Shown here piece after piece: positions 1 to 10,488 of a DNA stretch of 64,000 nt. Source of the DNA: an uncultured delta proteobacterium (GTDB lineage: Bacteria; Desulfobacterota; Binatia; UBA9968); contig CAWJZV010000004.1 in NCBI GenBank assembly GCA_963847445.1, positions 32,001 to 96,000 on the forward strand, written 5' to 3'. Below the pieces are notes generated by a model, which was given only the letters and a program-made list of their open reading frames with translations, searched no databases and was not told where the DNA came from. The position numbers and the translations under genes are program-made. Position 1 is the first letter of the stretch. Each line of letters starts with the position of its first letter.

Positions 1-2
1 TC

Positions 3-461
3 GGCTACCACCTGAACGAAGATCATCCCGCCGCCTTCGCCGCCACCCACGAAGGCTACGAGGCGCTGCGCTGGCGCGTGCCGGTGGACGACACCAACAC
101 CATGCACTTCACGCTCTACTTCGCGCCGATTGTGAATGGCAAAGTCACGGCGAAAATCCCCAAGGACCAATCCGCCGACGGGTTGGGCGATAGCGTGCTC
201 GGCAAATACCGTTGGGACGAAGCGACCGGTTGGATCGCCCGCGGCGATCAAGACCGCTGCGCTCAAGAAAGCCAGGGGCCGATCTTCGACCGCAGCGGCG
301 AGCATCTCGGCGTCTCCGACGAAGGCGTGATTCAATTGCGCCGCATGTTCAGGGATTGCATCGAAGCGGTGCAAGGCGGCAAAGATCCGGTCGGCGTGGT
401 GCGCGATCCGCTAAAGAACAAAATGATCACCATCGTGCCTGGAGAAATCCAGGTCGCATGA
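3..461 (+). CDS. Rieske aromatic ring-hydroxylating oxygenase alpha subunit, C-terminal part (5' truncated by window edge)
   Basis: Frame is open from base 3 (GYHLNEDH...LRWRVPVDDTNT...QDRCAQESQGPIFDRSGEHLGVSDEGV). The C-terminus is typical of phthalate-dioxygenase-like oxygenases and paralogous to 1906..3039. Confidence 0.85.
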   Translation, partial: GYHLNEDHPAAFAATHEGYEALRWRVPVDDTNTMHFTLYFAPIVNGKVTAKIPKDQSADGLGDSVLGKYRWDEATGWIARGDQDRCAQESQGPIFDRSGEHLGVSDEGVIQLRRMFRDCIEAVQGGKDPVGVVRDPLKNKMITIVPGEIQVA

Positions 462-494
462 TCTATTGTTTATGGAATGGCAAAAATTGTCCAA

Positions 495-577
495 GTCGTC
501 ATACCGGCGAACGCCGGTATCCAGGAGCGGTGGGGTATGGCGGATAACCTGGATTCCGGCCTCCGCCGGAATGACGG
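495..577. repeat. REP-like double-hairpin element (GTCAT family)
   Basis: GTCGTCATACCGGCGAACGCCGGTATCCAGG ... CCTGGATTCCGGCCTCCGCCGGAATGACGG; related copies at 3840, 5344, 11849, 17347, 30238 and 45361. Confidence 0.85.
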
Positions 578-657
578 AGTCAGCGAGCAACCAGTTCAGG
601 TTTATTATTTTTGACTAATTCCGAACGCCGCCACAAGAAATCAAGTCGGAGGAATAC

Positions 658-1749
658 ATGAAACAGTTCATCACCAGAGTTTCCCGGTTAAGCTTAGTGC
701 TGGCCGCGTTGACCTTTGTCAGCGAATCTCATCTAGCCGCGCAAGAAACCTTGGACTCGCTCATCGCCGCGGCCAAGAAGGAAGACGAGCTCGTGTTTAT
801 CGCCGGGACATCGACCTTCGGCGGCCGCAAGGGTCTGGCCGATCTCGAGGCGGCGTTCAACAAACGCTTCGGCACCAAGATGAAGATCAGCTTCGCCGCC
901 GGCCCGGACATGAACGCCCGCGCGGCGCGCCATATCACCGAGATCAAGTCGGGGCGAAAAGTTTCTTCCGATATCTTTCTCGGCTCGCAGTCGCACCAAG
1001 CGCTGATGCACAAGGAAAACGCCCTCGAGAAAGTAAATTATTCGGGAATTTTCCCCTGGGTCAGCAAAGAAATGGAAATTTTCCCCGGCGAAGCCGTGCT
1101 CACCTACACCTCGCCCAACGGCATCGTCTACAACAAAGACTTGATTCCAAAAGATAAGGCGCCAAAAAACTATGCCGACTTGATCGATCCAAAACTAAGC
1201 CCGGCCTGGGCCGGCAAGATCGCCATCCCACCTTATGTCGCCTGGCTCGCCGAACTTTCGCTGATTTGGGGTACGGAGAAAGTGAAGGACTTCACCCGCA
1301 AACTCGTCGGCATCAGCGCCGGGCGCCTGCGCTACAGCGAAGAAGAGCGGGTCGTCAGCGGCGAATTTCCGATCATGGCGAACTTTGGCGACGCGTTAAG
1401 CGCCATGTGGACCTGGCAGCCCAAGGGGGCGCCTCTGGTCGCCGTGCCCGGAGTCACGCCGATCAACACCGACTACTTTCAACTGAGCGCGCCAAAGAAC
1501 GCGCCCCATCCCAACCTGGCCAAGCTCTTCGTCGCCTTCATGGCGACCCGAGAGGCCCAGACGATTCTGCAAAAGTATGAATCGCGCAGCTCCCATCTGG
1601 TCGAGGGCACGATCATGCAAAAGTATCTCAAAGAAAATAAAATTGCCGTGCAGGAACCCAAGCTGTCCATCGGCTATTATCTCAAGGGCGAGACGGACGA
1701 AGGTCTACAGTTCAAAGAAGAGCTGGCAAAAATTCTCAAAGGTTCATGA
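658..1749 (+). CDS. ABC-type extracellular solute-binding protein (Fe3+/thiamine-like PBP2 family)
   Basis: 363 aa, signal peptide, GGAGG RBS, motifs IVYNKDLIPKDKAPKNYADL and APHPNLAKLF. Confidence 0.85.
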   Translation: MKQFITRVSRLSLVLAALTFVSESHLAAQETLDSLIAAAKKEDELVFIAGTSTFGGRKGLADLEAAFNKRFGTKMKISFAAGPDMNARAARHITEIKSGRKVSSDIFLGSQSHQALMHKENALEKVNYSGIFPWVSKEMEIFPGEAVLTYTSPNGIVYNKDLIPKDKAPKNYADLIDPKLSPAWAGKIAIPPYVAWLAELSLIWGTEKVKDFTRKLVGISAGRLRYSEEERVVSGEFPIMANFGDALSAMWTWQPKGAPLVAVPGVTPINTDYFQLSAPKNAPHPNLAKLFVAFMATREAQTILQKYESRSSHLVEGTIMQKYLKENKIAVQEPKLSIGYYLKGETDEGLQFKEELAKILKGS

Positions 1750-1753
1750 CGCG

Positions 1754-1884
1754 GTCGGAAGTCAGAGATCAGAAGTCAGAAATCCGAGGTCCGACAACGT
1801 TGAACTTTTGAACCTTGAATGCACGAAATCTTCGTAACGGCTTGAACGGTTTGAACGAAGCGCAGCGATTGAACGTTTTGAACC
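1754..1884. repeat. Short tandem-unit intergenic repeats (GTCAGAR 7-mers, then TTGAAC units)
   Basis: gtcggaa-gtcagag-atcagaa-gtcagaa; ttgaacttttgaaccttgaa; ttgaacggtttgaacg...ttgaacgttttgaac. Confidence 0.75.
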
Positions 1885-1905
1885 CACGTAATCAGGAGAT
1901 CAGCG

Positions 1906-3039
1906 ATGTTATCGACGGAAGAAAACGAAACCTTGACCCGAGTCGGCCCCGCCACCCCCGCCGGCGCCATGCTGCGGCGCTACTGGTGGCCGGTGGGATT
2001 TACCGAGCATGTGCAGATCAAAGGCAGCCCGGTTAGTACTCAACTCCTGGGCGAAGAGTTCGTATTATTTCGCGACGGCGGCGGCCAGCTCGGCATGGTC
2101 GACCTGCACTGCTCACACCGCGGCACGTCGTTAGAATACGGCCGGGTCGAAGAGCGCGGCATCCGCTGCTGCTACCATGGCTGGCTCTACGATACCCAAG
2201 GTAACTGTCTGGAGCAGCCGGCCGAACCGGCCGACAGCACGTTCAAAGACCGGATCAAACATCCAGCCTACAAAGTTCAAGAACTCGGCGGCTTCATCTT
2301 TGCCTACATCGGTCCCGATCCCGCGCCGCTCTTGCCGCGCTATGATCTACTGATTGAAGAAAACGGCGAGCGTGTCATCGGCGCCGGCACGGAATATTGC
2401 AACTGGCTGCAGCGCGCCGAAAACTCCGTTGACCAGACGCACCTGGTGGCGCTGCACGCGCCCGAGTATCCGCAGATGGCATTGAAGCGGCCCGAGATCG
2501 CGTGGCAGCAAACCGACTATGGCGCCAAGATCACCATGCATGTGCCTGGGGTGTCCAAGCCCAAGCATTCCCACTGGGTTTTTCCCTCGCACACGCGCCA
2601 CACCACCGCGCGCAAGGGGCGCATCCCCGATCATGCGATCCGCTTTCGCGTGCCCATCGACGACACCAAGACCAGGACTTTCTGGCTGCGCTTCACGCCC
2701 CACACTGAAGCCGAGCGCGGCCAGCCCTTGGTGCAAAAAACCATCGGCTTCGAAGACGACAAGCCCGGCGCCTATACCAGGGTCGACGACGGCTGGTGGG
2801 GTATCGCTTCCCATGATCAAGACCGCGTCGCCCAGGAAACCCAAGGACCGATCTACCAACGCAGCAAAGAACACCTTGGCGCCGCCGACCAAGGCGTGAT
2901 TCTGTTACGCGACGTGATCCGCCAATCGATCGATGCCGTGCAGCAGGGCAAAGACCCCTTCTGGACGTTGCGCCGTCCCGAGCACAACCAGCGCATCGCT
3001 TTCGACGCCAGCATGGCTGAGATCGGCACGCTGGGGTAG
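1906..3039 (+). CDS. Rieske 2Fe-2S aromatic ring-hydroxylating oxygenase alpha subunit (phthalate 4,5-dioxygenase-like)
   Basis: Rieske CSH...CCYH motif, mononuclear iron motif ENSVDQTHLVALH, N-terminus LTRVGPATPAGAMLRRYWWP. Confidence 0.92.
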   Translation: MLSTEENETLTRVGPATPAGAMLRRYWWPVGFTEHVQIKGSPVSTQLLGEEFVLFRDGGGQLGMVDLHCSHRGTSLEYGRVEERGIRCCYHGWLYDTQGNCLEQPAEPADSTFKDRIKHPAYKVQELGGFIFAYIGPDPAPLLPRYDLLIEENGERVIGAGTEYCNWLQRAENSVDQTHLVALHAPEYPQMALKRPEIAWQQTDYGAKITMHVPGVSKPKHSHWVFPSHTRHTTARKGRIPDHAIRFRVPIDDTKTRTFWLRFTPHTEAERGQPLVQKTIGFEDDKPGAYTRVDDGWWGIASHDQDRVAQETQGPIYQRSKEHLGAADQGVILLRDVIRQSIDAVQQGKDPFWTLRRPEHNQRIAFDASMAEIGTLG

Positions 3040-3173
3040 CTGGATTATGCGCCGGCAAAGCGCTAGGTTGTCGACTCCACGCCCGCGGTGAGACCGACAG
3101 TCCCCGACAAGTTAAATAAATCGGTTCTACAGAATTTGGTGTGGATCATGGGTCACGGTCTTTGTTTTGTTGA

Positions 3174-3494
3174 CCACGAAGAGCATAGCGCGGCAGAGCC
3201 GCAATCGAAATTCGGAATATCTCTCGCAAAGGCGCTAAGCTCGCAAAGGTGACGGGCGATGCCCGTCATCCGAGGAAACACGAGGGGTGAAGACCGATTG
3301 CTAAGAGTCGCTATTTCATCCTTTCCGAACTTGGCGTCTTTGCGCCTTGGCGAGAGGAATTTCCGAATCCGAGAATATTCGACTCCCGGAATATTAGAGC
3401 CGCACGCTATGACAAACATGTTGCTGTTAGTTTTTGGATAGCAATACGAACGGGTTAAGACTCCGAACTTCGTGTTCTTCGTGTCCTTCGTGTG
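3174..3494. repeat. Composite nested palindromic repeat (MITE-like), copy A
   Basis: About 3194-3450 closely matches 26977-27238 except for the central spacer; inner arms TTCGGAATATCTCTCGCAAAGGCGCTAAG / CTTTGCGCCTTGGCGAGAGGAATTTCCGAA; outer CCACGAAG / CTTCGTG arms. Confidence 0.85.
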
Positions 3495-3541
3495 AAAACA
3501 TCTTCACAGTAAACCCGGAAAACCCAATAAAGGAATTACCC

Positions 3542-3730
3542 ATGAACGAACAAGACGCCATCGAGCGCGCCTACGGCGCCGCCGTCGAAAGTCTGTGCAA
3601 GGCATTTTACGACGACTTCACCGCGGCGAACGGCAGCCCCAACGCCGAAGCGGGAGCCAAGGAACGCTTTCGCAACGGCATCATACACGCCCGCCAAGCC
3701 CACAAGATCGCCCTAGAACTGTTGCCCTGA
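3542..3730 (+). CDS. Small hypothetical protein (62 aa)
   Basis: ATG 3542 after AAGGA; host-like codon usage; MNEQDAIERAYGAAVESLCKAFYDDF... Confidence 0.65.
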   Translation: MNEQDAIERAYGAAVESLCKAFYDDFTAANGSPNAEAGAKERFRNGIIHARQAHKIALELLP

Positions 3731-3839
3731 CAGATTTCGCAGAGCGAGGCCTGTTAACTCTCTCAACACCAACGAATATTCGGCGCATCCGCCGACCGTC
3801 ATTGCCGCGAGCGCGGAAATCCAGGTGACGGACCATGTC

Positions 3840-3908
3840 CGTCATACCGTTGAAATACGGTATTCAGGTGGATGATCGGTCTGGATTCCCGTTTGCACGG
3901 GAATTACG
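3840..3908. repeat. REP-like double-hairpin element (GTCAT family)
   Basis: CGTCATACCGTTGAAATACGGTATTCAG ... CTGGATTCCCGTTTGCACGGGAATTACG, between convergent genes. Confidence 0.75.
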
Positions 3909-3975
3909 AATAAAGAAAGAGCTGCGGTGTTTGTCGATCTTGTCGCAGGAATTCTACCATCGAATAGTCGATCAA

Positions 3976-4938
3976 CTACTTTCTATCCGGCGAGAAAAAA
4001 CTATCCAGCAGCCGCTTGCGCAGCGCCGCCTCGCCGCCCGGCAGCACATCGAACTTGGTGGTTTGATCGGTCTTTTTCAAGATACGCTGGCCCTCGGCAT
4101 CGTCGTGCATGGCGACCAACACGTCATTGAGCTGGCCGACGAGCTGCGGCGCAAGATCGCTTCGCACCGAAAGCAGATGGCGCGGCAATCTCTCGGTGTG
4201 CGCCAAAATCGCCATCGCGGATTTTCTTTTTTCATCCAGGCCATTGTAATCATCGTCGCTGATCGCCCCCGCGGCCACTTGTTTGGTCAGCACCGCCTCG
4301 ATCAGCTTGCTGCGCAGGTAAGCGAATGAATATTGAATCTCCGTCGGCGCCGCGTTCGGATCGTAGCCTTTTTTCTCCACCAGTTTGTAACCGTTGCGCG
4401 AAAGAAACAGTTTTGGCATGAGATAGCCGGAGCTCGAGCCGGGATCTTCAAAGATCATCGTCTTGCCGCGCAGATCGGCGAGCTGCTTGATGCCGCCATC
4501 GCGTGTGGTGAAAATCAGGCTTTGATACTCCGCCTGGCCGCCCTTCCAGCGTCGCAAAAGCGTCTTGCCGGCGCCGTGTACATAGTTGATCGTGTAGGTC
4601 GGGTAGACGCTTTCCATATAGTAATCCACCCGCCGCTGCTCCAGCAGCCTGGTCAGCTCGAAGGGTGTCGGCGCGATGACGACCTTGGCGCCGGCCTCCG
4701 CGCCCGGCGCGATGCGCCGCGATACATAGCGGACAAAGTCGCGGAAATGCTCTTCGATGGCCGACTTGTTGATCTCGGAGACCAAGCCAAGCTGCAGCGC
4801 TTTGACTTCACTGTTCTTCGAGCTCTGGCCAAAGGCTGCTTCATCGATGCCGCCACCTAATGCCAGCGCCAATGCGAAACCACAGCAACACACTTGCCGG
4901 CAAAAGCCCCCACGCGATGCGCTGCGAATCAATGCCAT
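3976..4938 (-). CDS. Phosphate/phosphite/phosphonate-type ABC substrate-binding protein (PhnD-like)
   Basis: Motifs YQSLIFT...IKQLADLRGKTMIFEDPGSSSGYLMP and AGAISD; signal peptide; no permease adjacent. Confidence 0.85.
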   Translation of the reverse strand: MALIRSASRGGFCRQVCCCGFALALALGGGIDEAAFGQSSKNSEVKALQLGLVSEINKSAIEEHFRDFVRYVSRRIAPGAEAGAKVVIAPTPFELTRLLEQRRVDYYMESVYPTYTINYVHGAGKTLLRRWKGGQAEYQSLIFTTRDGGIKQLADLRGKTMIFEDPGSSSGYLMPKLFLSRNGYKLVEKKGYDPNAAPTEIQYSFAYLRSKLIEAVLTKQVAAGAISDDDYNGLDEKRKSAMAILAHTERLPRHLLSVRSDLAPQLVGQLNDVLVAMHDDAEGQRILKKTDQTTKFDVLPGGEAALRKRLLDSFFSPDRK

Positions 4939-5343
4939 CGGCGCACCTCGCGGGATAGCGCCAGGAATATTAGATCGCTAACTGACACAATCGATATTCG
5001 GCCCATATTCATATAACTCCCCGGTTTGACTGCACGCTCGACCACAGGTTGCGCGGATCTTTGCCGCGTGAAGCCGGCGTCAATCGCGGCCATCGATAAT
5101 TTCGGCAACGCCCATATCATGCCGCCCGACTCTCGTAAATTCGCAACCTCGTACCGATCGAATAACCTGTTTATCCCATGCTGTCAAAACACCATGAAAC
5201 AGTCGAGATAAAAAGCAAAATACCTGTTCACCACGAAGACACGTAGGACACGACGATTGCGGAAAAAAATATTGTTCACTTCGAGCCTCCTGCGAAAATA
5301 CATGTGAGGGGATGATATGCATAACGAAGGGCCTCCGGGGCTC

Positions 5344-5421
5344 CGCCATACCCGCGAAAGCGGGTAACCAGGCTAATTTGGCGCAGTACAAACCTGGATT
5401 CCCGCGTGCGCGGGAATGACG
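5344..5421. repeat. REP-like double-hairpin element (GTCAT family) within a repeat-rich spacer
   Basis: CGCCATACCCGCGAAAGCGGGTAACCAGG ... CCTGGATTCCCGCGTGCGCGGGAATGACG; a CCACGAAGACACG arm lies at about 5230. Confidence 0.8.
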
Positions 5422-5532
5422 AATCGAGGAGAGGAGCATGTTCTGGGAATGCTAACCATTTTCATGCTCTGTAGACGAGCGCAAGCTCATGGTCTCTTCT
5501 GGTGAGATGGAATTTTCTCCTAAAGGACGATG

Positions 5533-6772
5533 CTACTTATCCAGGGTTTCTTTACTGACAAAAGCGAGCAACAGCGCCGACAACAAGAGCAGCGGCGCGT
5601 AAACCAAGAACGGCACGCCGGGATTGAACGTGTTCGCCAGGTAGCCGGCAAAGAGCGGCGCCGCGCCGCTGCCCAACTCAGCGATGGTGCGGCGCAGCGC
5701 TTGCAGCCGCCCGCGCACATGGGCCGGCACGACATCGTAAGTGGACGTCGCCAGCGAGCCGAGGGACAACCCCTGGGCCACGCCGGCGATGCCGATAAGC
5801 ATCGCCAGCTGCATGAAACTCGTGGTCATGGGGATCAAGAAGAAAATCAGCGCCGGGATGGCTGTGCTCGGCACCGTGCACCACTTGCGGCCGACCCGGT
5901 CCATCAGAAAGCCGGCGGGAATCATCACGGCAAAAATCACCACGCCGGATATCGAAAACAGCATGCCGATCTGGCTCGGCGACAGATGCAAGTAGCGCAC
6001 CGCGTATAACGGCAGCATGCTTTGGACGATGATGCGTTGCGATTGATTGACCAACGTCGCGAACACGATGGAACAATAGGTCGAGCGCAGATCGACGCGG
6101 ATTTCCCGATAGAGCAGCGCCAGCGCGCCGATGCGCTGTTTGATGGCGCCGACACTCCAACCGGTCAACGCACCAGCCGCCGGCGCGCGGCCATGGGCTT
6201 CGCCCGGCGAGTCGGTGACCAAGAGACCCAAGAACACCGAAGCGACACTGACAACCGCGTAGCCGAAAAATGCCGCCTGGTAATTGAACAGTTCAGTCAA
6301 CCAGCCGCCGATAAACGGGCAGACCGCCGCGCCGATGGTATGGGTGCCATGGAGACTGCTGATAATTCGGCCACGCTGGCTGCGTTGCGCCTGGTCGATG
6401 GCGGCGATTTCCCGCGCCACCGCGCCCAGGGTATCGGTCGCTCCCAAGACAAAGGCGAAAAATACCAGCAACCAAAACCACGCCACCCAAGCGGCGCAAA
6501 ACGAGGCCAGCGCGGCGACCAGCGCCGAGCCTACCAAACCGAAGCGCGTGCCTCTGCGGTCAAGCAACATCGCCGCCCAGCACCGTGCCGGCCATCTTGC
6601 CGAAGGCGAAACCGGTGATCACCTGCGCCGCCCCGCCCGCCGACACGCCGAATTCCCCCGCCAGCACCGGGATCGTCGGAATGATCATCGCCCAGGCGCC
6701 GGAAAAGAAGGTGCTGACGTAGAGCGCGATCAGGCTGCGCAAGCTGGAAGTTTTTTGCGTGACATTAGCCAT
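5533..6772 (-). CDS. MFS transporter (frameshift near 6565)
   Basis: N-terminus 6560..6772 (MANVTQK...GAWAMIIPTIP) joins 5533..6570; motif A-like MDRVGRKW; paralog of 6899..8134. Confidence 0.85.
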
Positions 6773-6820
6773 GATGAAATTTCTTTAGCACGCAAACAGT
6801 TGCCCGAGGACGCACTTTTT

Positions 6821-6898
6821 GTAAGGGGTAAGCGGTGAAGGGACAAGGCGTTGGGAGGATAGGACGCCTCACCCCTTACCCTTCACTCCTAACCTCTT
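6821..6898. repeat. Inverted tandem 7-mer arms
   Basis: GTAAGGGGTAAGCGGTGAAGG ... CCTCACCCCTTACCCTTCACTCCTAACC between the two MFS genes. Confidence 0.6.
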
Positions 6899-8134
6899 CT
6901 ATCTTTCCAACGTTTCCCGCCCGGCCAGCGCCAAATAGACCGCGGCGAACAATAGAATTGGCACGTAAACCAAAAACGGCACGCCGGGATTGAAGCGCGT
7001 CGCCAAATAACCGCCAACCAGCGGCGCTAGAGTCCCACCCATTTCGGCGATCATGCGCCGGGCCGCTTGCAAACGGCCGCGGGCGTGGGCTGGCACGACA
7101 TCGAACGTCGACACCGACATGGAGCCTAGCGATAGACCGTTGCAAATCCCGGTGAGCGCCAGCATCGCCGCCAACTGCGTGAAACTATCGGTAAACGGGA
7201 TCAGCAAAAATGCCAGCGCCGGCAAACCCGTGCTCGGCACGGTGGCCCACTTGCGGCCGACTTTGTCCATGATAATGCCCGACGGAATGATCATGACAAA
7301 GACGAAGGCGCCGGCTATCGAAAATAGTAAACCCACCTGCGACGGCGAGAAATTGAGATGGGTGCCGGCGTAGAGCGGCAGCATGCTCTGCAGCGTGATC
7401 CGATAGGAATGGCTCGCCCAGGTCGCCACCACTAAGGCGATATAAGTCGAGCGCAGTCCAGGACGAATTTCCCAGAACAGCGCGCCCAAGCCGCGCACGC
7501 GTTCACCTATGGCAGCGAGGGACCAACCGGTGCGGCCAATAGTTTTCGGCGCGGCGTAATGCTCCGCTTTGGCAACCGGCGCCCCGAAACCCAGCAGCAC
7601 CGACAGCGCGGCAAAAATCCCGTAGGCGAAAAACGCCGCGTGAAAATCGTACTGCTCGGTGAGCACGCCGCCGAGCCACGGGCAGAGCGCCGTACCGGCA
7701 TTATGCGTGCCGTGCAACGTCGACAAGACCCGGCCGCGCTGGTTCTGGTGCGCCAGATCGACGCCGGCAACTTCGCGGCCCAACGCCCAGATGCTGTCAC
7801 CCACGCCCATGACGAAGCAGAAGAATAAAAGCGCCGGCAGCCAAGGTAACAGCGCGGCGACGAACGCCGCGGCGCTCACCAGCGCCGCGCCGCCAACCAC
7901 CACCGCGCGCACACCCATCCTATCCAACAGCACACCGCTGATCGGCGTGCCGGTGAAGCGGCCCAGCGCCATCGCCGTGACAATCTGCGCCGCCGCGCCG
8001 GGAGAGACATTAAAATGGCTGGCTATCACCGGAATGGTCGGAATCACCATGGTCCAGGCGCCGGAAAGCAAACTACCGCCGTACAACGCGCCCAGACCGC
8101 GCACCGTCGTGTTGGATCGCAGAGCGTCAAACAT
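6899..8134 (-). CDS. MFS transporter
   Basis: 411 aa, about 12 hydrophobic segments, GVLLDRMGVR and MDKVGRKW motifs. Confidence 0.92.
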   Translation of the reverse strand: MFDALRSNTTVRGLGALYGGSLLSGAWTMVIPTIPVIASHFNVSPGAAAQIVTAMALGRFTGTPISGVLLDRMGVRAVVVGGAALVSAAAFVAALLPWLPALLFFCFVMGVGDSIWALGREVAGVDLAHQNQRGRVLSTLHGTHNAGTALCPWLGGVLTEQYDFHAAFFAYGIFAALSVLLGFGAPVAKAEHYAAPKTIGRTGWSLAAIGERVRGLGALFWEIRPGLRSTYIALVVATWASHSYRITLQSMLPLYAGTHLNFSPSQVGLLFSIAGAFVFVMIIPSGIIMDKVGRKWATVPSTGLPALAFLLIPFTDSFTQLAAMLALTGICNGLSLGSMSVSTFDVVPAHARGRLQAARRMIAEMGGTLAPLVGGYLATRFNPGVPFLVYVPILLFAAVYLALAGRETLER

Positions 8135-8327
8135 GCCTTGAAGCCAAAGATTTCTCGCATACTTAGATCAAACATCCTCGGCTAATGCGCGGAAGTGATT
8201 CTGTTGCGGCTGGCCTCGATTCGACTTCTCGAGCTTAAGTCAGCCACCGTGGACCTCACCCCTCTGCACGCCGGCATGACGAAGTGAGAAATCTCGACTT
8301 GTTTTGCAGAGCTTTTGGGCCACGGCA

Positions 8328-9300
8328 CTAGCGTGTCGCAGTCGCATACTTGGCATTTAATTCGCGCAGATGCCGTTCCAGCAACGGCATGGCTCGCGTC
8401 CTTCGGCAGCTTTTGCAAATCCTCGATCAGCGTACGCAAGCCCGGCGCCTTCTCTGCCAGCGCGGCGATGGCGTCGAAGTAGCGATAGTAGGCCAGATCA
8501 TGGCTGAGCTTGGCTTCCAACACCGTGGCGCTATGCTGATCGCGCGTCTGGCGTTCGAACTGGCGCTGATAGTCTGGATAGCTTGCCAGCCTATTTAGAA
8601 TTTGCTGCTTGGCGTCGTCGACCTTCGCCGTGGCGAAAATCCGCTGCGCTTCCTCGACCAGTGCGATAAGTTCGCCCGACACTTTGCGTTCTTCGGCCAG
8701 CGACACCAGAGCGTTTTGCAAATTTTTCTCGTCGCCCTTGTGGCGCAAGTACTCGATCACCGCCAAAGAACCGAGCGGCGTGACGATCGCCTCCTCGATC
8801 TCCCAGGGCAATGCGAAATTGACATCGCCATGCAGGTCTTCATGCAAAATCACCTTAGCCCGCCGCACTAACGCCTCCTCGGCGAACCCAGCGGTCGCCA
8901 CCGAGCGCGGGTCGGCGAACTCGCTCCCTTGACGGTGATACACGCTGTAGCCGTCGACACGGTAGACTTGCTCCATCTTGGGCGCTTCTTTCTCGACATT
9001 GAGACCGATCGCCAGGCGAATATCCACCGGTCCGCGCAGCGCCAAGGTGCCTTCGCGCTGCATCCACAACCACAGCATGGACAGCGACGCGCCGCCCTGG
9101 GAGGTTCGGCGTAAGGCCTCCGTCGGTTCGATGCCAAGAGTCTTGCCGAAGGCTTTGACCTCTTCGATCAGACCGGCGGTCTCGCGCAGGCGAACAGGGT
9201 CGACGGTAGGGATAATGGTGGAGCAAGACGATAACATCATGAAAAGTACCATCGCACCGGCGAGCCGACTCAGAATCGTGAGATCGACTCGCCGGTGCAT
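8328..9300 (-). CDS. Putative lipoprotein zinc metallopeptidase / aminopeptidase-like protein (probable frameshift near 8382)
   Basis: Lipobox-like MLSSC; HExxH motif HEDLH followed by EEAIV; an alternative frame gives a plausible end LERHLRELNAKYATATR* at 8328. Confidence 0.6.
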
Positions 9301-9312
9301 TGAAAACGGGAC

Positions 9313-9418
9313 ATGCTTCGACACGCTCAGCATGAACGGAATCATTACTATCATTTCAAATCCCTCTCCGTTCGTTCCTTCGATAAACTCAGGACAGGCT
9401 CTGAGACTCGTCGAAGGA
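9313..9418. repeat. REP-like palindrome (CTTCGACAxGCTCAG family) with a nested second unit
   Basis: GCTTCGACACGCTCAGCATGAACGG ... CCGTTCGT[CCTTCGATAAACTCAGGACAGG]CTCTGAGACTCGTCGAAGG. Confidence 0.75.
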
Positions 9419-9454
9419 CTGCGAGAAGGTATTTCACCTGCTTGTTGCGAATTT

Positions 9455-10340
9455 CTACGGCGCAAATAGCGACGCGATCGGCGCCGTGTGCGGGATCTGC
9501 CCGACGTCGACGAGCAGCTGCATCTCCGCTTGAGCGAGCTTTTGTTCTTTCTCGGTGAAGGTGAACTCGATACGCGGGTAGCGCGCCGAAGCCAACAGCG
9601 CTTCGCGGTCGCCTTCATAGCGCGACAGAAACACGTCGGCGACCTCTTCGAGATGCGCTTCGCTGTAAGCGAAAGACTCGCGGAAGGCTCGCAGCAACAC
9701 ATCTTTGATGCCGGGATTGTCGCGCAGCAGATCTTCCCGCGCCGCCACCATATGCTTGATCATCTCGTCGAAACCGGTGAGCTTTTGCCAGGCCTCGCCG
9801 TCGGTATAGAGACAGCGCACGCCGGGCGCGACCTCGCCGCGAAAGAAGAACTGGTCGAGCAGCACCACCGCGTCCGCCTGGCCGCTCTGCAACACGCCAA
9901 GAAGCTTTTCCTGCGGATAGTCCTGCCCAGCGCAGCTTGTGCGTCGTCGAGACCGTAGAGCGCGGCGCAACAGATATTTGTGAATCGCGTGCATGCCTTG
10001 ATGGGTCGCGATCAGCCGGCCTTCGAGATCTTTCGGCGTCTTCACCGGACCGTCGGCGAGCACGAAAACGCCGTTGCCCTTCAGCGTCGACTTCCACTCG
10101 GTGGCGAGACCGAGAATCGGCGCGCCCTGCAAGCTTGCGCCGGAGAAAATTCGGCAGATATAGATTCGCCGCCTGCACGTCGCCGTTGATCAGCGCATCC
10201 TCTTGCTCTTTGCTCGGCGGATCGGGCAGCTCGATGACTTTCATGTTGATGCCGTCCGCTTTCACCTTGCCGATCGCCAAGGCGTAGTAGGTGCGGAACA
10301 TGCAGAAGCGATTGCGATAGTGGGCAAAGGTAATGTCCAT
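9455..10340 (-). CDS. PBP2-fold substrate-binding protein (NMT1/SsuA or MqnD-like), no signal peptide; frameshifted
   Basis: MDITFAHYRNRF...ALINGDVQAA joins GAPILGLA...VKTPKDLEGRLIAT...GQADAVVL; shift near 10133 plus a local out-of-frame patch at about 9930-9960. Confidence 0.7.
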
Positions 10341-10400
10341 GAAATGCCTTGTGCGAGTCTTTTCGCGGTACGAAGGTGGCCGAGAGCAAATATACTTTTC

Positions 10401-10482
10401 GTTCAAGAGTTCAAGGTTCAAATGTTCAATGTCGAGCAGACCGGTCCGACATTTTGAACTTTTGAACTTTTGAACCTTGAAC
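10401..10482. repeat. Inverted tandem GTTCAA/TTGAAC arms
   Basis: GTTCAAGAGTTCAAGGTTCAAATGTTCAATGTCG ... CGACATTTTGAACTTTTGAACTTTTGAACCTTGAAC. Confidence 0.85.
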
Positions 10483-10488
10483 ACAATT

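Noticed and set aside
3153-3419. Similar short ORFs at 3153..3419, 3259..3441, 27071..27508 and 26850..27050 suggesting a duplicated gene
   Set aside because: They are translations of the non-coding composite repeat; frames and ends are not conserved between copies.
8182-9702. 506-aa ORF as a single protein
   Set aside because: The first roughly 130 codons overlap the upstream gene in another frame and a REP element; the credible coding region is about 8328..9300.
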